Of a stretch of 64,000 nucleotides of DNA, positions 1 to 9,179 are shown in pieces; the first letter of the stretch is position 1, and each line of letters starts with the position of its first letter. A program made the translations under genes and the position numbers. The DNA is from Dehalococcoidia bacterium (GTDB lineage Bacteria; Chloroflexota; Dehalococcoidia; Lucifugimonadales; G963668185). Location of the stretch: positions 2,660,478 through 2,724,477 of the forward strand of contig OY764162.1 of the NCBI GenBank assembly GCA_963668185.1, given 5' to 3'. The notes beneath the pieces are model-generated. The model did not search any database and was not told where the DNA came from. It was given only the letters and a program-made list of their open reading frames with translations.

Positions 1-82
1 GACGGTGAACGGGCACACCACTACGTCTTAGGCACGGCGCAACACAAATCACGCATTCGAAATTAGAGCTATTGGAGGACCA

Positions 83-1213
83 ATGGACCTGAAGGAACTG
101 AAGGAACTGAACAAGGCCGAAGTAGGGAATATCCGGATAAAGGTCATCGGCGTCGGCGGCGGCGGATCGAACGCGGTGTCCAGGATGTACCGCGAGCGAA
201 TCGCCGGCGTCGAGTACATGGTGATGAACACGGACAAGCAGGCGCTGCTAACGTCCGACGTTCCCTCCAAGCTGAGCATCGGCGACGAGATTGCCGATGG
301 CAAGGGCGTCGGCGGCGACCCGACGAAGGGCACGACCGCGGCGGAGGCAAACGAGGAAGAGATCGCGGCAGCCGTCAGGGACCAGGACATGATCTTCGTG
401 GCGGCAGGCATGGGCGGCGGCACGGGCACGGGCGGCGCGCCCGTGGTGGCGAAGGCGGCGAAGGAGGCCGGAGCGCTCACGGTAGGCGTGGTGACGCGCC
501 CGTTCGCGTTCGAGGGCCTTCACAGGGCCCGGTCTGCCGAGACGGGCATCCGCAAGCTGTGCGAGTTCGTGGACACGCTGCTGGTCATTCCGAACGAGCG
601 CCTGCACCTGGTCTGCCAGGAGGAAGTGACCGCCGAGAACGCGTTCGACTTGGCCGACGACGTGCTCCGCATCGGCGTGCAGTCGATCGCGGAGTTGATC
701 ACGGGCATCGGCGACATCAACCTCGACTTCGCCGACGTGCAGGCCGTGATGAAGGACTCCGGCCCCGCGTGGATGTCGATCGGCATCGGCACCGGCGAGA
801 ACCGGGCGGCCATGGCGGCCGAGGAGGCGATCACGAACCACCTGCTCGACGTGTCGATCGAGGGCGCGAAGGGCGTGCTGCTGAACGTGGCCGGAAACGA
901 CGACCTGCTGCTGTCCGAGCTCAACGAGGCGGCTGAGGTCATCAAGCGCGAGGTTGACCCCGAGGCGAACATCATCTTCGGCATGGTCACGAATCCGAAG
1001 ATGGGAGACCAGGTCAGGATCACGCTGATCGCGACCGGCTTCTCGGGCTCCGAGACGATAGTGGACCCGAACAGCGGAATGCAGGACCTGCTGACGGCGT
1101 CGCTGCTGGCCGACGAGTCGGAACTGGACCTGCCGCCGTTCCTGCGGCGCACGGCCAGGTCTCGCCGGCTCGAGCCCGCGGCAACGGCGAACAGCTTCAG
1201 CTGGAACTTCTAA
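83..1213 (+). CDS. ftsZ: Cell division protein FtsZ
   Basis: GVGGGGSNAV N-terminal motif, tubulin signature GMGGGTGTGG, T7 loop GDINLDFAD, C-terminal peptide LDLPPFLRR; GGAGG RBS upstream. Confidence 0.97.
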   Translation: MDLKELKELNKAEVGNIRIKVIGVGGGGSNAVSRMYRERIAGVEYMVMNTDKQALLTSDVPSKLSIGDEIADGKGVGGDPTKGTTAAEANEEEIAAAVRDQDMIFVAAGMGGGTGTGGAPVVAKAAKEAGALTVGVVTRPFAFEGLHRARSAETGIRKLCEFVDTLLVIPNERLHLVCQEEVTAENAFDLADDVLRIGVQSIAELITGIGDINLDFADVQAVMKDSGPAWMSIGIGTGENRAAMAAEEAITNHLLDVSIEGAKGVLLNVAGNDDLLLSELNEAAEVIKREVDPEANIIFGMVTNPKMGDQVRITLIATGFSGSETIVDPNSGMQDLLTASLLADESELDLPPFLRRTARSRRLEPAATANSFSWNF

Positions 1214-1269
1214 CCTCACATAGCTAACCCGATTCCGCTCGTGTGATTCGGGCCCTCCTCTAGGTGGAG

Positions 1270-1293
1270 CGGGCCGCCAGGAATGGCGGCCCG
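1270..1293 (+). terminator. Hairpin downstream of ftsZ, possible intrinsic terminator
   Basis: CGGGCCGCCA-GGAA-TGGCGGCCCG perfect 10-bp stem followed by a weak T-rich tail (TTCTGCTT). Confidence 0.45.
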
Positions 1294-1368
1294 TTCTGCT
1301 TGCGCGCAGTACGGAATCCAAAGTGTTAATATGCGCGCCGCAATACTGAAGTCTCGAGGAGGGGGCTG

Positions 1369-2286
1369 GTGAGCGATAATTCAGACCAGGGCGGGCTACC
1401 ACTTCACGACGCCGCCAGAGCCATGGGCGTCGAGTTCACGCAGGAGTTCGAAGCCCGCGACAGGACCGTCGAGGCCAACGGCCTGACCTTCCACTACCTG
1501 GAGTGGGGAGACGCCTCGAATCCGCCGGCGCTGCTGCTGCACGGCTTCGCGCAGACCTGCCACTCGTGGGACTTCGTGTCGCTCTCGCTTGCCGACAGGT
1601 TTCACGTGCACGCGCTGGACCAGCGAGGTCACGGCGACAGTTCGTGGGCGCCCGACGGGGACTACAGCCCGGAGACGCAGCAGACGGACATCCACGGCGT
1701 GGTGGAGGCGCTGGACCTGCGGGACTTCCTGCTGATGGGGCTGTCCATGGGCGGCAGGAACTCGTTCACGTACGCGGCGAATCACCCGGAGCGCGTGAAG
1801 GCGCTGGTGGTGGTGGACGCGGCGCCGGAGAACATGGCGGCGGGCGGGCAGAACATCAGGCGCTTCGTGCAGGGAGACGACGAGTTGCCGTCTGTCGAGG
1901 CGTTCGTGGACCGGGTGCTGGAGTTCAACCCGCGCCGGGACCGGAGCCAGGTCAGGGGCAGCATACGCCACAACCTGAGGCAGCTTCCGAACGGCAACTG
2001 GACGTGGAAGTACGACAAGCTGCTGCGAAGCTCGAACCGGCCTCTCAGGGGAGACGAGGGTCTTTCGGAACGGCTGTGGGGGTACCTGGGGCAGCTTCAG
2101 TGCCCAACTCTCGTAGTCCGGGGGAGCCACAGCGACATCGTGGCGCAGAACACGTTCGAGGAGATGTCGCGTCGGATACCGCGCGGGCAGGTGGTGACGG
2201 TGGAAGACGCGGGGCACATCGTGCCGGGGGACAACCCGGCGGGGTTCCAGAAGGCGGTGCTGAGCTTCGTGGACGAGTTGGGTTAG
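1369..2286 (+). CDS. Alpha/beta fold hydrolase
   Basis: LLLHGF oxyanion motif, DQRGHGDS, nucleophile elbow GLSMGG, C-terminal His in AGHIVPGDNP. Confidence 0.9.
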   Translation: MSDNSDQGGLPLHDAARAMGVEFTQEFEARDRTVEANGLTFHYLEWGDASNPPALLLHGFAQTCHSWDFVSLSLADRFHVHALDQRGHGDSSWAPDGDYSPETQQTDIHGVVEALDLRDFLLMGLSMGGRNSFTYAANHPERVKALVVVDAAPENMAAGGQNIRRFVQGDDELPSVEAFVDRVLEFNPRRDRSQVRGSIRHNLRQLPNGNWTWKYDKLLRSSNRPLRGDEGLSERLWGYLGQLQCPTLVVRGSHSDIVAQNTFEEMSRRIPRGQVVTVEDAGHIVPGDNPAGFQKAVLSFVDELG

Positions 2287-2340
2287 GCGCCGGAGCGTCG
2301 TTCGCGGACAGACCCTTCGACAGGCTCAGGGCGAACGGAC

Positions 2341-2754
2341 TTACGTGTCACTAGATGGGGCGCCGGCCTGGCGGATGCGCTCGGCTGCCTGGAGCAGCGC
2401 GGCGAGGCCGCTTCGCAGCTTGTCTGGATCAACGGGCACGGGAGCGATTTCGCCGGACTGGGCGAGTTCCAGTATGTTCGCGGCGACGCCGGACTCGCGG
2501 CCTGCGGTGCGGGACTGCATGATGATGAGGTTGGTCATCGTTTCCTTGAGTTCCTCGATGGGGCTGTCTTCGCCGGCCCTTGGGAGGGCGGTCTGCAGGC
2601 CGGTCAGCAGGCCGAGGCGCATCTCGCCGAGGTCCGTCAGCAGGCGGACGAGGCGGGCCAGCACCTCGGCGCGCAGGACGTAGCGGCCGTCTTCTTCGGT
2701 TCCGGCGGCGGACAGGAAGCTATCGACTACGGACTCGTTATGGCTTGTGGTCAC
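2341..2754 (-). CDS. Hypothetical helical protein
   Basis: ORF with genome-like codon usage; start placed at GTG 2754 behind AAGGAG (the ATG at 2781 comes from a repeat hairpin). Confidence 0.6.
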   Translation of the reverse strand: MTTSHNESVVDSFLSAAGTEEDGRYVLRAEVLARLVRLLTDLGEMRLGLLTGLQTALPRAGEDSPIEELKETMTNLIIMQSRTAGRESGVAANILELAQSGEIAPVPVDPDKLRSGLAALLQAAERIRQAGAPSSDT

Positions 2755-2771
2755 GGTGTTGCTCCTTGGGG

Positions 2772-3092
2772 TTCCGTTCATGGTTCGACAGGCTCGCCAC
2801 GAACGGAACGGAGCGCTGGCTCGCCACGAACGGTCCGGGCAACATAACAGACTCGCTCTAAGGCGTCTCTCATTGACAGTCCTAGATTCTTCGCTGCGCT
2901 AGGAATGACAGTGGGCCGCGAGCGCCTGCCCTGTGGCGGGGGGGCCTCGGTGTAGGGGCCGTTCGCAAAGAGCCTGCCCCGAGTCCCTCGAGGGGGCCGC
3001 GCGCGCCCACTGCCATTCCGAGTCCCCCGAGAGCCTGCCCAGATCCCCTCTAGTCCCTTCCCCAGTCTGCTGGGGAAGGTTAGGATGGGGTC
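2772..3092. repeat. Composite cluster of four palindromic repeat families
   Basis: CCGTTCATGGTTCGACAGGCTCGCCACGAACGG type; reversed GTCATTCC type (about 2880-2915); GTAG hairpin at 2952 carrying a 24-bp insert; CCCTTCCCCAGTCTGCTGGGGAAGG type at about 3056. Confidence 0.85.
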
Positions 3093-3136
3093 TCCGGCGC
3101 ACGAGCACGCAAGCGCCGCCCACGAGGAGGCCCCGC

Positions 3137-5074
3137 ATGACCCGCACCCCAACTCCAACCGAGTTCCTGAACTTCCAGACCGTCTCAGACCCCCAGATCA
3201 CGCCGGACGGCGAAGCCGTCGCGTTCACGGTCTCCGAGCCGCTCATACACGACACCGCGCTGCCGAAGTCGTCCGTCTGGCTCGTGTCCACGGACGGCGG
3301 CGGCCCGCGCCGGCTCACTGCCGACGGCGCGACCTCGTTCGCGCCGCGATGGTCGCCGGACGGCGGGACGCTCGCCCTCATCTCGGACCGGGAGCGCGAC
3401 GGTCAGCCGCAGATCTATCTCATGCCCCGGCGCTTCGGCGAAGCCGTGCGGTTCACCGACATGCGCGGCGGCGTGTTCGGCGGCGCGCGCGGCGTCAGCC
3501 CGATGGCATGGTCGCCGGACGGCTCGAAGCTCGCGTTCATGGCCGACGACCCGATCGCCGAGGGCGACAAGCGCCGCGGCTTCCGCGGCCAGGACCCGGT
3601 CGAGTTCGAGAAGGCGCCGTCTTACACGCGCCTGTACACCGTCGACGCTTCCACCGGCGAGGTCGGGTGCGTATCGCCGCCGGGCCTGCAGGTCTGGGAG
3701 TTCGCGTGGTCGAACGACGGCTCGCGCTTCGCCGCCTCCGTCACGGACCTGCCCTTCGAGTCGGACTGGTACCTGTGCCGCCTCGCCGTCTTCGCGCCCG
3801 GCGGCCCCGCGACCACGCTGTACGACGAGGAGCGCGCCGTCTCCGCCCCGTCGTGGTCGCCGGACGACAGCCGGGTCGCCTTCACGTCGTCCCACTGGAG
3901 CGACAAGTACGCCCAGCGCGGCGGTGTCTTCATCGTCCCGTCCGCCGGCGGCCCGCACCGCGAGGTCACGGAGGGCCACCCCCACACGTACGGCTGGATA
4001 CGGTGGTCTGAGGACGGCAAAGAGCTCCTGCTGTCCGGCTCGCTCGGCAGCAAGTACGGCCTCGTGCGCGTCGGCCTCGACACCGGCGACTACGAGAAGG
4101 TGTGGTCGGAGCTGTGCACGTTCGGCGAGGCCAGCTACCCCGCCCTCACGGTGGACGGCGCGGGCCGCATCGCCCTCGTGAAGGAGGACTCCGGCAGCCC
4201 GCGCGACGTCTGGCTCGCCGCGCCCGAAAACGGCGGCTTCGCCATGACGCAACTCACGAACATGAACCCCAGCGCCGCCGACCTGGACATCGGCGTCACC
4301 GAGGAGATCATCTACGAGGGCGCGGACGGCTGGGAGATGCAGGCCTTCCTGATCAGGCCGAAAGACGCGCCCGCGGGCACGCCGCTGCCGATGATCGTGG
4401 ACATCCACGGCGGCCCCTCCGGCGCGCACCAGAACTCGTACGCGCCCGCCTCACCCTTCAACCACGCCGAGGCGCTGGCCGCTCTCGGCTACGCCGTCCT
4501 CAAGCCGAACCCGCGCGGCAGCAACGGCTGGGGCCTGGAGTTCACCGAAAGCAACCTCGGAGACCAGGGCGGCAAGGACTGGCAGGACATCATGCTCGGC
4601 ATAGACCACTGCGTCGAGCGGGGCATCGCCGACCCGGACCGCCTCGGCGTCACCGGCAACAGCTACGGCGGGTACATGACGATGTGGGCCGTCACGCAGA
4701 CCGGCCGCTTCAAGGCCGCCGTCGCAGGCATGGGCATCAGCGAGTGGCGCAGCTTCCACGGCGTCACCGAGATCCAGAACTGGAACACGATCTACTACGC
4801 CCACGAAGACCAGTACGACCCCGACGGCAAGTACCGCGCGTTCGCCCCGCTCGCCCACATCGACAACGTGACCACGCCCACGCTGGTACTGCACGGCGAA
4901 GTGGACCACGTCTGCCCGGTGGACCAGGCCCGCCAGTTCTACCGCGCGCTCAAGGACAAGCGCGTCGAGGTCTCGCTGTGCGTCTATCCCCGCGAACCCC
5001 ACGGCTGGCGCGAACGCGAGCACATGCGCGACATCGCAAACCGCACCGTGCGCTGGCTGGCGGAGCGGGTGTAG
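3137..5074 (+). CDS. S9 family peptidase (acylaminoacyl/dipeptidyl peptidase-like, beta-propeller plus hydrolase)
   Basis: PD40-like WSPDG repeats, IHGGP, NPRGS, nucleophile GNSYGG, terminal Asp/His (VDHVC, EPHG); start at ATG 3137 after GAGGAGG. Confidence 0.92.
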   Translation: MTRTPTPTEFLNFQTVSDPQITPDGEAVAFTVSEPLIHDTALPKSSVWLVSTDGGGPRRLTADGATSFAPRWSPDGGTLALISDRERDGQPQIYLMPRRFGEAVRFTDMRGGVFGGARGVSPMAWSPDGSKLAFMADDPIAEGDKRRGFRGQDPVEFEKAPSYTRLYTVDASTGEVGCVSPPGLQVWEFAWSNDGSRFAASVTDLPFESDWYLCRLAVFAPGGPATTLYDEERAVSAPSWSPDDSRVAFTSSHWSDKYAQRGGVFIVPSAGGPHREVTEGHPHTYGWIRWSEDGKELLLSGSLGSKYGLVRVGLDTGDYEKVWSELCTFGEASYPALTVDGAGRIALVKEDSGSPRDVWLAAPENGGFAMTQLTNMNPSAADLDIGVTEEIIYEGADGWEMQAFLIRPKDAPAGTPLPMIVDIHGGPSGAHQNSYAPASPFNHAEALAALGYAVLKPNPRGSNGWGLEFTESNLGDQGGKDWQDIMLGIDHCVERGIADPDRLGVTGNSYGGYMTMWAVTQTGRFKAAVAGMGISEWRSFHGVTEIQNWNTIYYAHEDQYDPDGKYRAFAPLAHIDNVTTPTLVLHGEVDHVCPVDQARQFYRALKDKRVEVSLCVYPREPHGWREREHMRDIANRTVRWLAERV

Positions 5075-5087
5075 GCAGGAGACACCC

Positions 5088-6653
5088 ATGGCAACTTACG
5101 ACACCATCGTCATCGGCGCGGGCTCCGCCGGCGCCATCATCGCCGCGCGGCTGTCCGAGGACGCAGGCCGCTCCGTGCTCCTCATCGAGGCCGGCCCGGA
5201 CCACCCCGACTTCGAGACCATCCCCAGCCACATCAAGTACGGCTACGGCCATGAAGAGCGGGCGTGGGCCAAGATTCTCGGCCCCGGCTCTGAGCACAAC
5301 TGGCGCTACACCGCCAGGTCCACCGACCTTGCCGAGCCTATGCCCGTGCCCAGGGGGAAGGCCACCGGAGGCTCCAGCGCCGTCAACGCCCAGATCTTCC
5401 TGCGCGGCGTGCCGGAGGACTACGACTCCTGGGCCGAGATGGGCAACGACGAATGGAGCTTCCGCGACCTCCTGCCCTACTTCCGCATGAACGAGACGGA
5501 CCTGGACTTCCGGGACGACTTCCACGGCGCGGACGGCCCGATCATCGCCAGGCGCTTCCCGGAAGACGAGTGGACCTACGACCAAACCGCCTTCTACAGG
5601 GCCTGCCTCGCCGCCGGCTACCGGGACTGCCCCGACCACAACGACCCCGACTCCACCGGCGTCGGCCCGTCCCCGTTCAACAACCCCAACGGCGTCCGAT
5701 GGAGCACCGCGATCGGGTACCTTGGCCCCGCGCGGCACCGCGTTAACCTGACGATCCGCCCCGAATGCTTCGTGCACGGCCTGATCGTCGAAGGCAACAG
5801 GGCCGTCGGCGCACGGGTGGAGAGCGGCGGCGAGCTGTTCGAGGTCCACGGCAACGAGATCGTCCTCAGCGCCGGCGCAATCGGCTCTCCCCACCTTCTC
5901 CTATTGTCCGGCGTCGGCCCGGCCGCCAACCTCGAGTCCGCCGGCGTCCCGGTCGTCCGCGATCTGCCCGGCGTAGGCCGCAACCTCCGCGACCACCCGC
6001 AGGTGTCGGTGCTGTGGAAGACGAAGGACGATTACAGGATGGACGCGGCCGGGCCCTATATCCAGCAGATTCTGCGTTACACCGCCGAAGGCTCGCACCT
6101 GCGAAACGACATGCTGATCATCGCGCTGTCGGCGGCCACTCGCGCTCAATACTTCGCCGACGATTTGGAACCTTTCGGCATCGGCATGATCTGCTCCCTG
6201 TACCTCGCTGCGGGAGCGGGACGCCTCGAACTTGCCTCGCCAGACCCGCACACGCAGCCCATGCTCGACTACAACTTCCTCGAAGAGGAGTTCGACCGCC
6301 GCCGCCTGCGCGAGGCGGTACGCATCTGCCTGGACCTCGCCCAACACGACGAAATCGCCGGCATAATCGAGGAGCGTTTCCAGCCCACAGACGCGGACCT
6401 GGAGTCGGACGACGCGCTCGACGAGTGGCTGCTGCGCCAGGCCACCACAAGCCACCACGTCTCCGGCACCTGCAAGATGGGGCCCGCCTCCGACCCCCTG
6501 GCCGTAGTCGATCAGCGCGGCAACGTCCACGGCATCGAAAACCTGCGCGTCGCCGACGCCTCCATCATGCCGGACTGCATCCGGGCCAACACTAACGTAA
6601 CATCCATGGTCATCGGCGAACGCATCGCCGACTGCATCCGGCAGGGCAAGTAG
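5088..6653 (+). CDS. GMC family oxidoreductase (choline dehydrogenase-like)
   Basis: GAGSAG FAD motif, PRGKATGGSSAVN, GVGRNLRDHP, HVSGTCKMG, LRVADASIMP. Confidence 0.93.
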   Translation: MATYDTIVIGAGSAGAIIAARLSEDAGRSVLLIEAGPDHPDFETIPSHIKYGYGHEERAWAKILGPGSEHNWRYTARSTDLAEPMPVPRGKATGGSSAVNAQIFLRGVPEDYDSWAEMGNDEWSFRDLLPYFRMNETDLDFRDDFHGADGPIIARRFPEDEWTYDQTAFYRACLAAGYRDCPDHNDPDSTGVGPSPFNNPNGVRWSTAIGYLGPARHRVNLTIRPECFVHGLIVEGNRAVGARVESGGELFEVHGNEIVLSAGAIGSPHLLLLSGVGPAANLESAGVPVVRDLPGVGRNLRDHPQVSVLWKTKDDYRMDAAGPYIQQILRYTAEGSHLRNDMLIIALSAATRAQYFADDLEPFGIGMICSLYLAAGAGRLELASPDPHTQPMLDYNFLEEEFDRRRLREAVRICLDLAQHDEIAGIIEERFQPTDADLESDDALDEWLLRQATTSHHVSGTCKMGPASDPLAVVDQRGNVHGIENLRVADASIMPDCIRANTNVTSMVIGERIADCIRQGK

Positions 6654-6662
6654 CTCCGCCCC

Positions 6663-6691
6663 TTGACATAACCGAACAGGTGCACTACCAT
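6663..6691 (+). promoter_or_regulatory. Sigma70-type promoter upstream of the lipoprotein array
   Basis: TTGACA (6663-6668), 17-bp spacer, TACCAT (6686-6691); ATG at 6698. Confidence 0.5.
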
Positions 6692-6894
6692 GAACTCATG
6701 TTCACAAGAAGCGGCCTCCATCACAACGCAGAATCCGGACCCGCAACCGCCGCGCGTTCCGTTTCGTTCGCGGTGAGCCTATGCAGTCCGTTCGTGGTGA
6801 GCCTGTCGAGCCATGAGCGAGCCGCGCGGCGCATGAGCTATGTCCTTACCCGGCCGGGACGCCTGCATCAGGCCAGTCGAGGGCCGCGCGTTCG

Positions 6895-7020
6895 GTGTCT
6901 CATAATTGTCTCATTTCGTCTCAGATCTGCTTCATTTCTGCCTCAAAAGCGTCTCAAAGCCGTCTCATCGCCACAGCCTCCCAGATACGGAATGAGACGA
7001 TATGAGACAAAATGAGACAC
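6895..7020. repeat. Helically phased GTCTCA array facing an inverted TGAGAC array
   Basis: GTCTCA or variants at 6897, 6908, 6918, 6929, 6940, 6951, 6962; TGAGAC at 6993, 7003, 7013. Confidence 0.85.
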
Positions 7021-7045
7021 TTCTTCGGGAGTTCAACGTCTCCGC

Positions 7046-7247
7046 CCTCACTGTCATTTCGAGTCCCTCGAGGAATCTAGGACGCCCCGCACTCCACCAA
7101 CGGCTTTCCTGGCGGCAAGCCACGCATTCGGCCAGGACAGGACGCATTCGGCAACGGCGCGTTTTGGATTCCCTTCGAGGGACTCAGGGCAGGCTCTCTC
7201 TCGATTCGCTCGATCGGAATGACAGGAGACGCGAGACAACAGCAATG
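7046..7247. repeat. About 200-bp REP-doublet-like leader, copy 1
   Basis: Bounded by CTGTCATTTCGAG and GGAATGACAG; closely similar to 11107-11306; ends at a lipoprotein start codon. Confidence 0.85.
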
Positions 7248-9134
7248 ACACATCGCGGCTACGTAGCGAGGTTACTATGTCTCTATCTGCCGACCCTCGT
7301 GTCCTGTGTGCTGTTGGCCGTTGTGTCCGCGTGCGGCACGGGCGACAGTGCGGTTTCTGGCGTCGAAACACCGGATCCTACAGCTACGGTTGAGATTGAG
7401 GACAACGCTGCGGTGGTCGGGGACATGATCATCCTCACGCCCACGGTTGAAGTTGAGGACGACAGCGACAGCGCGGCTTCCGGCGTTACGCCTGTCCCCA
7501 CACCGACGGCTGAGAACATATATCAACCTGTGAACGACGTCAGCGCGTTCGCAAGCGACACACCGACGGCTGAGGCCGATTCTTCGGCGGGGTATGACGT
7601 ATACATCAGCGGTGAATGGCTTGTGCCGCCCTCGCTGGATGAGCAGATCTTCATGTCGGACACGATCGTGCGGGCGACGCTGAAGTCTGCGACTTCGACG
7701 ACGGTGACTGCCCCAAGCGAGGGCGATGGATCGGTGTCATACCTGTCCGTGCATGAGTTGCGGTTCACGGTCCATGAGTACCTGAAGGGCAGTGGCCCAT
7801 CCGAAATACTAGTGGTTGCGCGGGGTGGCGACTATGGTAACGAAGCGTACGCGACGGTTGCGAAGGCGCGCGAGGCGGCGGACTGGACCATGTCACAACG
7901 AACCACGACGTGGGATGATCGCCAGGGAGTGCTCTTCCTGATGACGCTTGATGGTAGGGCGTTTTGGGACGGTACGCCAAGCCCGTACCATACCCAGTAT
8001 GTTCCGACCACTCCCGGGGGCGGCTCGGCATCATCAGCGACGACCACAGCGTTTGCGATATACACGGGCGCTCCTTACGAAGAGTGGTGGGTCTACACTG
8101 TCGATACGCTCAGCCGCGGGTGGCTGCCTATGGGATCTGCTCCGGCGGGCGGCAGCCCCGACAACGCGTCGGGAGCGGCCAGCGTATCGTTCATCGAGGA
8201 CGGTTCGAAGACACCGTATTCTACGGTCACGCTGGGGGAGATTCGCACCAAGATAACCGAGATGGCGGCCACACTGAAGGCGGGGGAGGGTATCGCCAGA
8301 TACCGTGAGTGCGTTCATCATAAGATTGGGCGGGAGCGGATGCGCCGGGCATACCCATGGACGCCGAAACAGTACGAGGCGACGCTGGCCTCCGGTTTGG
8401 CCGCAGGAACAGAAGCGTACAGAAGAAGAGATGGGGGTGAGCCAAAGCACCCGCTCTTCTACGTAACCGGCACGGACAAAGACTACTTTCAGGCCCCCAT
8501 CGTCGATGAGGACTCAGACCCGTACAACGGGTTCTTTCGCACGCTTTCCACCACGCGGCCACTGCTCGCAGGGACGTACAGCGTCAAGCATAACGTACAG
8601 GATTACGGGCAGGTACCCTGCAACTTCAAGCCGGACGATGCGTACTCTGAGTGGACAGTGACGGTCACCGCCCCCTCCGGCACGGTGCACGAGGCGTTCT
8701 TCGACCCGGCGTCCACGTTCCTGGGCGTCGGCGCGAGCGGGGGCGCGGGCGTGATCTCTCCCGCGTCGTTCAACGTCGGCGGCGCGACCACCACGATCAC
8801 GCGGATAGTAGTGTCGTTTGGCAGCATGGTCTCCATGCAGATATCGCCGTCCGTGTCGCTGTCCGGCAAGCACGTCGAGTTCATCAAGGTGGACGGCACA
8901 GTGGCCGCGAGGCTCTCGTTCGATAAGGGGGACCTTGGCGGCGGCATCGGCATCGACGGGGCCGGCGCAGGCAACGGCACCAGCACAGCGGAGTCGGCGG
9001 TGTCGGCGCAAGCGCAAGCGCAGATAGCCGCCGCGCTGGCCGAGGCGCAGGCCACGGGAAGCAAGATGTACTTCTGGTTCGTATCCAGCGCCCCGTGGAA
9101 GGCGGGGGACAAGCTGATGCTGCGCATACGGTAG
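7245..9134 (+). CDS. Lipoprotein of unknown function, paralog P1
   Basis: Signal peptide with lipobox VSAC; T/P/D/E-rich stalk; conserved SLDEQI, HELRF and HEAFFDP motifs and C-terminal WKAGDKLMLRIR. Confidence 0.85.
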   Translation: MTHRGYVARLLCLYLPTLVSCVLLAVVSACGTGDSAVSGVETPDPTATVEIEDNAAVVGDMIILTPTVEVEDDSDSAASGVTPVPTPTAENIYQPVNDVSAFASDTPTAEADSSAGYDVYISGEWLVPPSLDEQIFMSDTIVRATLKSATSTTVTAPSEGDGSVSYLSVHELRFTVHEYLKGSGPSEILVVARGGDYGNEAYATVAKAREAADWTMSQRTTTWDDRQGVLFLMTLDGRAFWDGTPSPYHTQYVPTTPGGGSASSATTTAFAIYTGAPYEEWWVYTVDTLSRGWLPMGSAPAGGSPDNASGAASVSFIEDGSKTPYSTVTLGEIRTKITEMAATLKAGEGIARYRECVHHKIGRERMRRAYPWTPKQYEATLASGLAAGTEAYRRRDGGEPKHPLFYVTGTDKDYFQAPIVDEDSDPYNGFFRTLSTTRPLLAGTYSVKHNVQDYGQVPCNFKPDDAYSEWTVTVTAPSGTVHEAFFDPASTFLGVGASGGAGVISPASFNVGGATTTITRIVVSFGSMVSMQISPSVSLSGKHVEFIKVDGTVAARLSFDKGDLGGGIGIDGAGAGNGTSTAESAVSAQAQAQIAAALAEAQATGSKMYFWFVSSAPWKAGDKLMLRIR

Positions 9135-9159
9135 GGGCGGGCCCGGCGTCCGCCCCTAC
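9131..9159 (+). repeat. GTAG-tagged hairpin overlapping the P1 stop codon
   Basis: GTAGGGGCGG...CCGCCCCTAC; the TAG of the tag is the P1 stop. Confidence 0.7.
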
Positions 9160-9179
9160 GACGGCAGGCACGAGGATAA

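Noticed and set aside
248-1402. Long antisense or alternate-frame ORFs (for example 248-1402, 26613-28172, 40249-41145, 53550-54959, 55716-57392)
   Set aside because: Shadow ORFs expected in high-GC DNA opposite well-supported genes; Arg/Pro/Ala-rich with no motifs
2933-3136. N-terminal extensions given by the ORF track (also 7002, 11046, 17096, 39282, 49156)
   Set aside because: They translate intergenic repeats (for example RACPESLEG, PSRLGK); downstream starts have better RBS or homology support
6895-7020. CRISPR or restriction-site interpretation of the GTCTCA array
   Set aside because: A 10-11 bp period is far too short for CRISPR; resemblance to type IIS sites (GTCTC) has no supporting context
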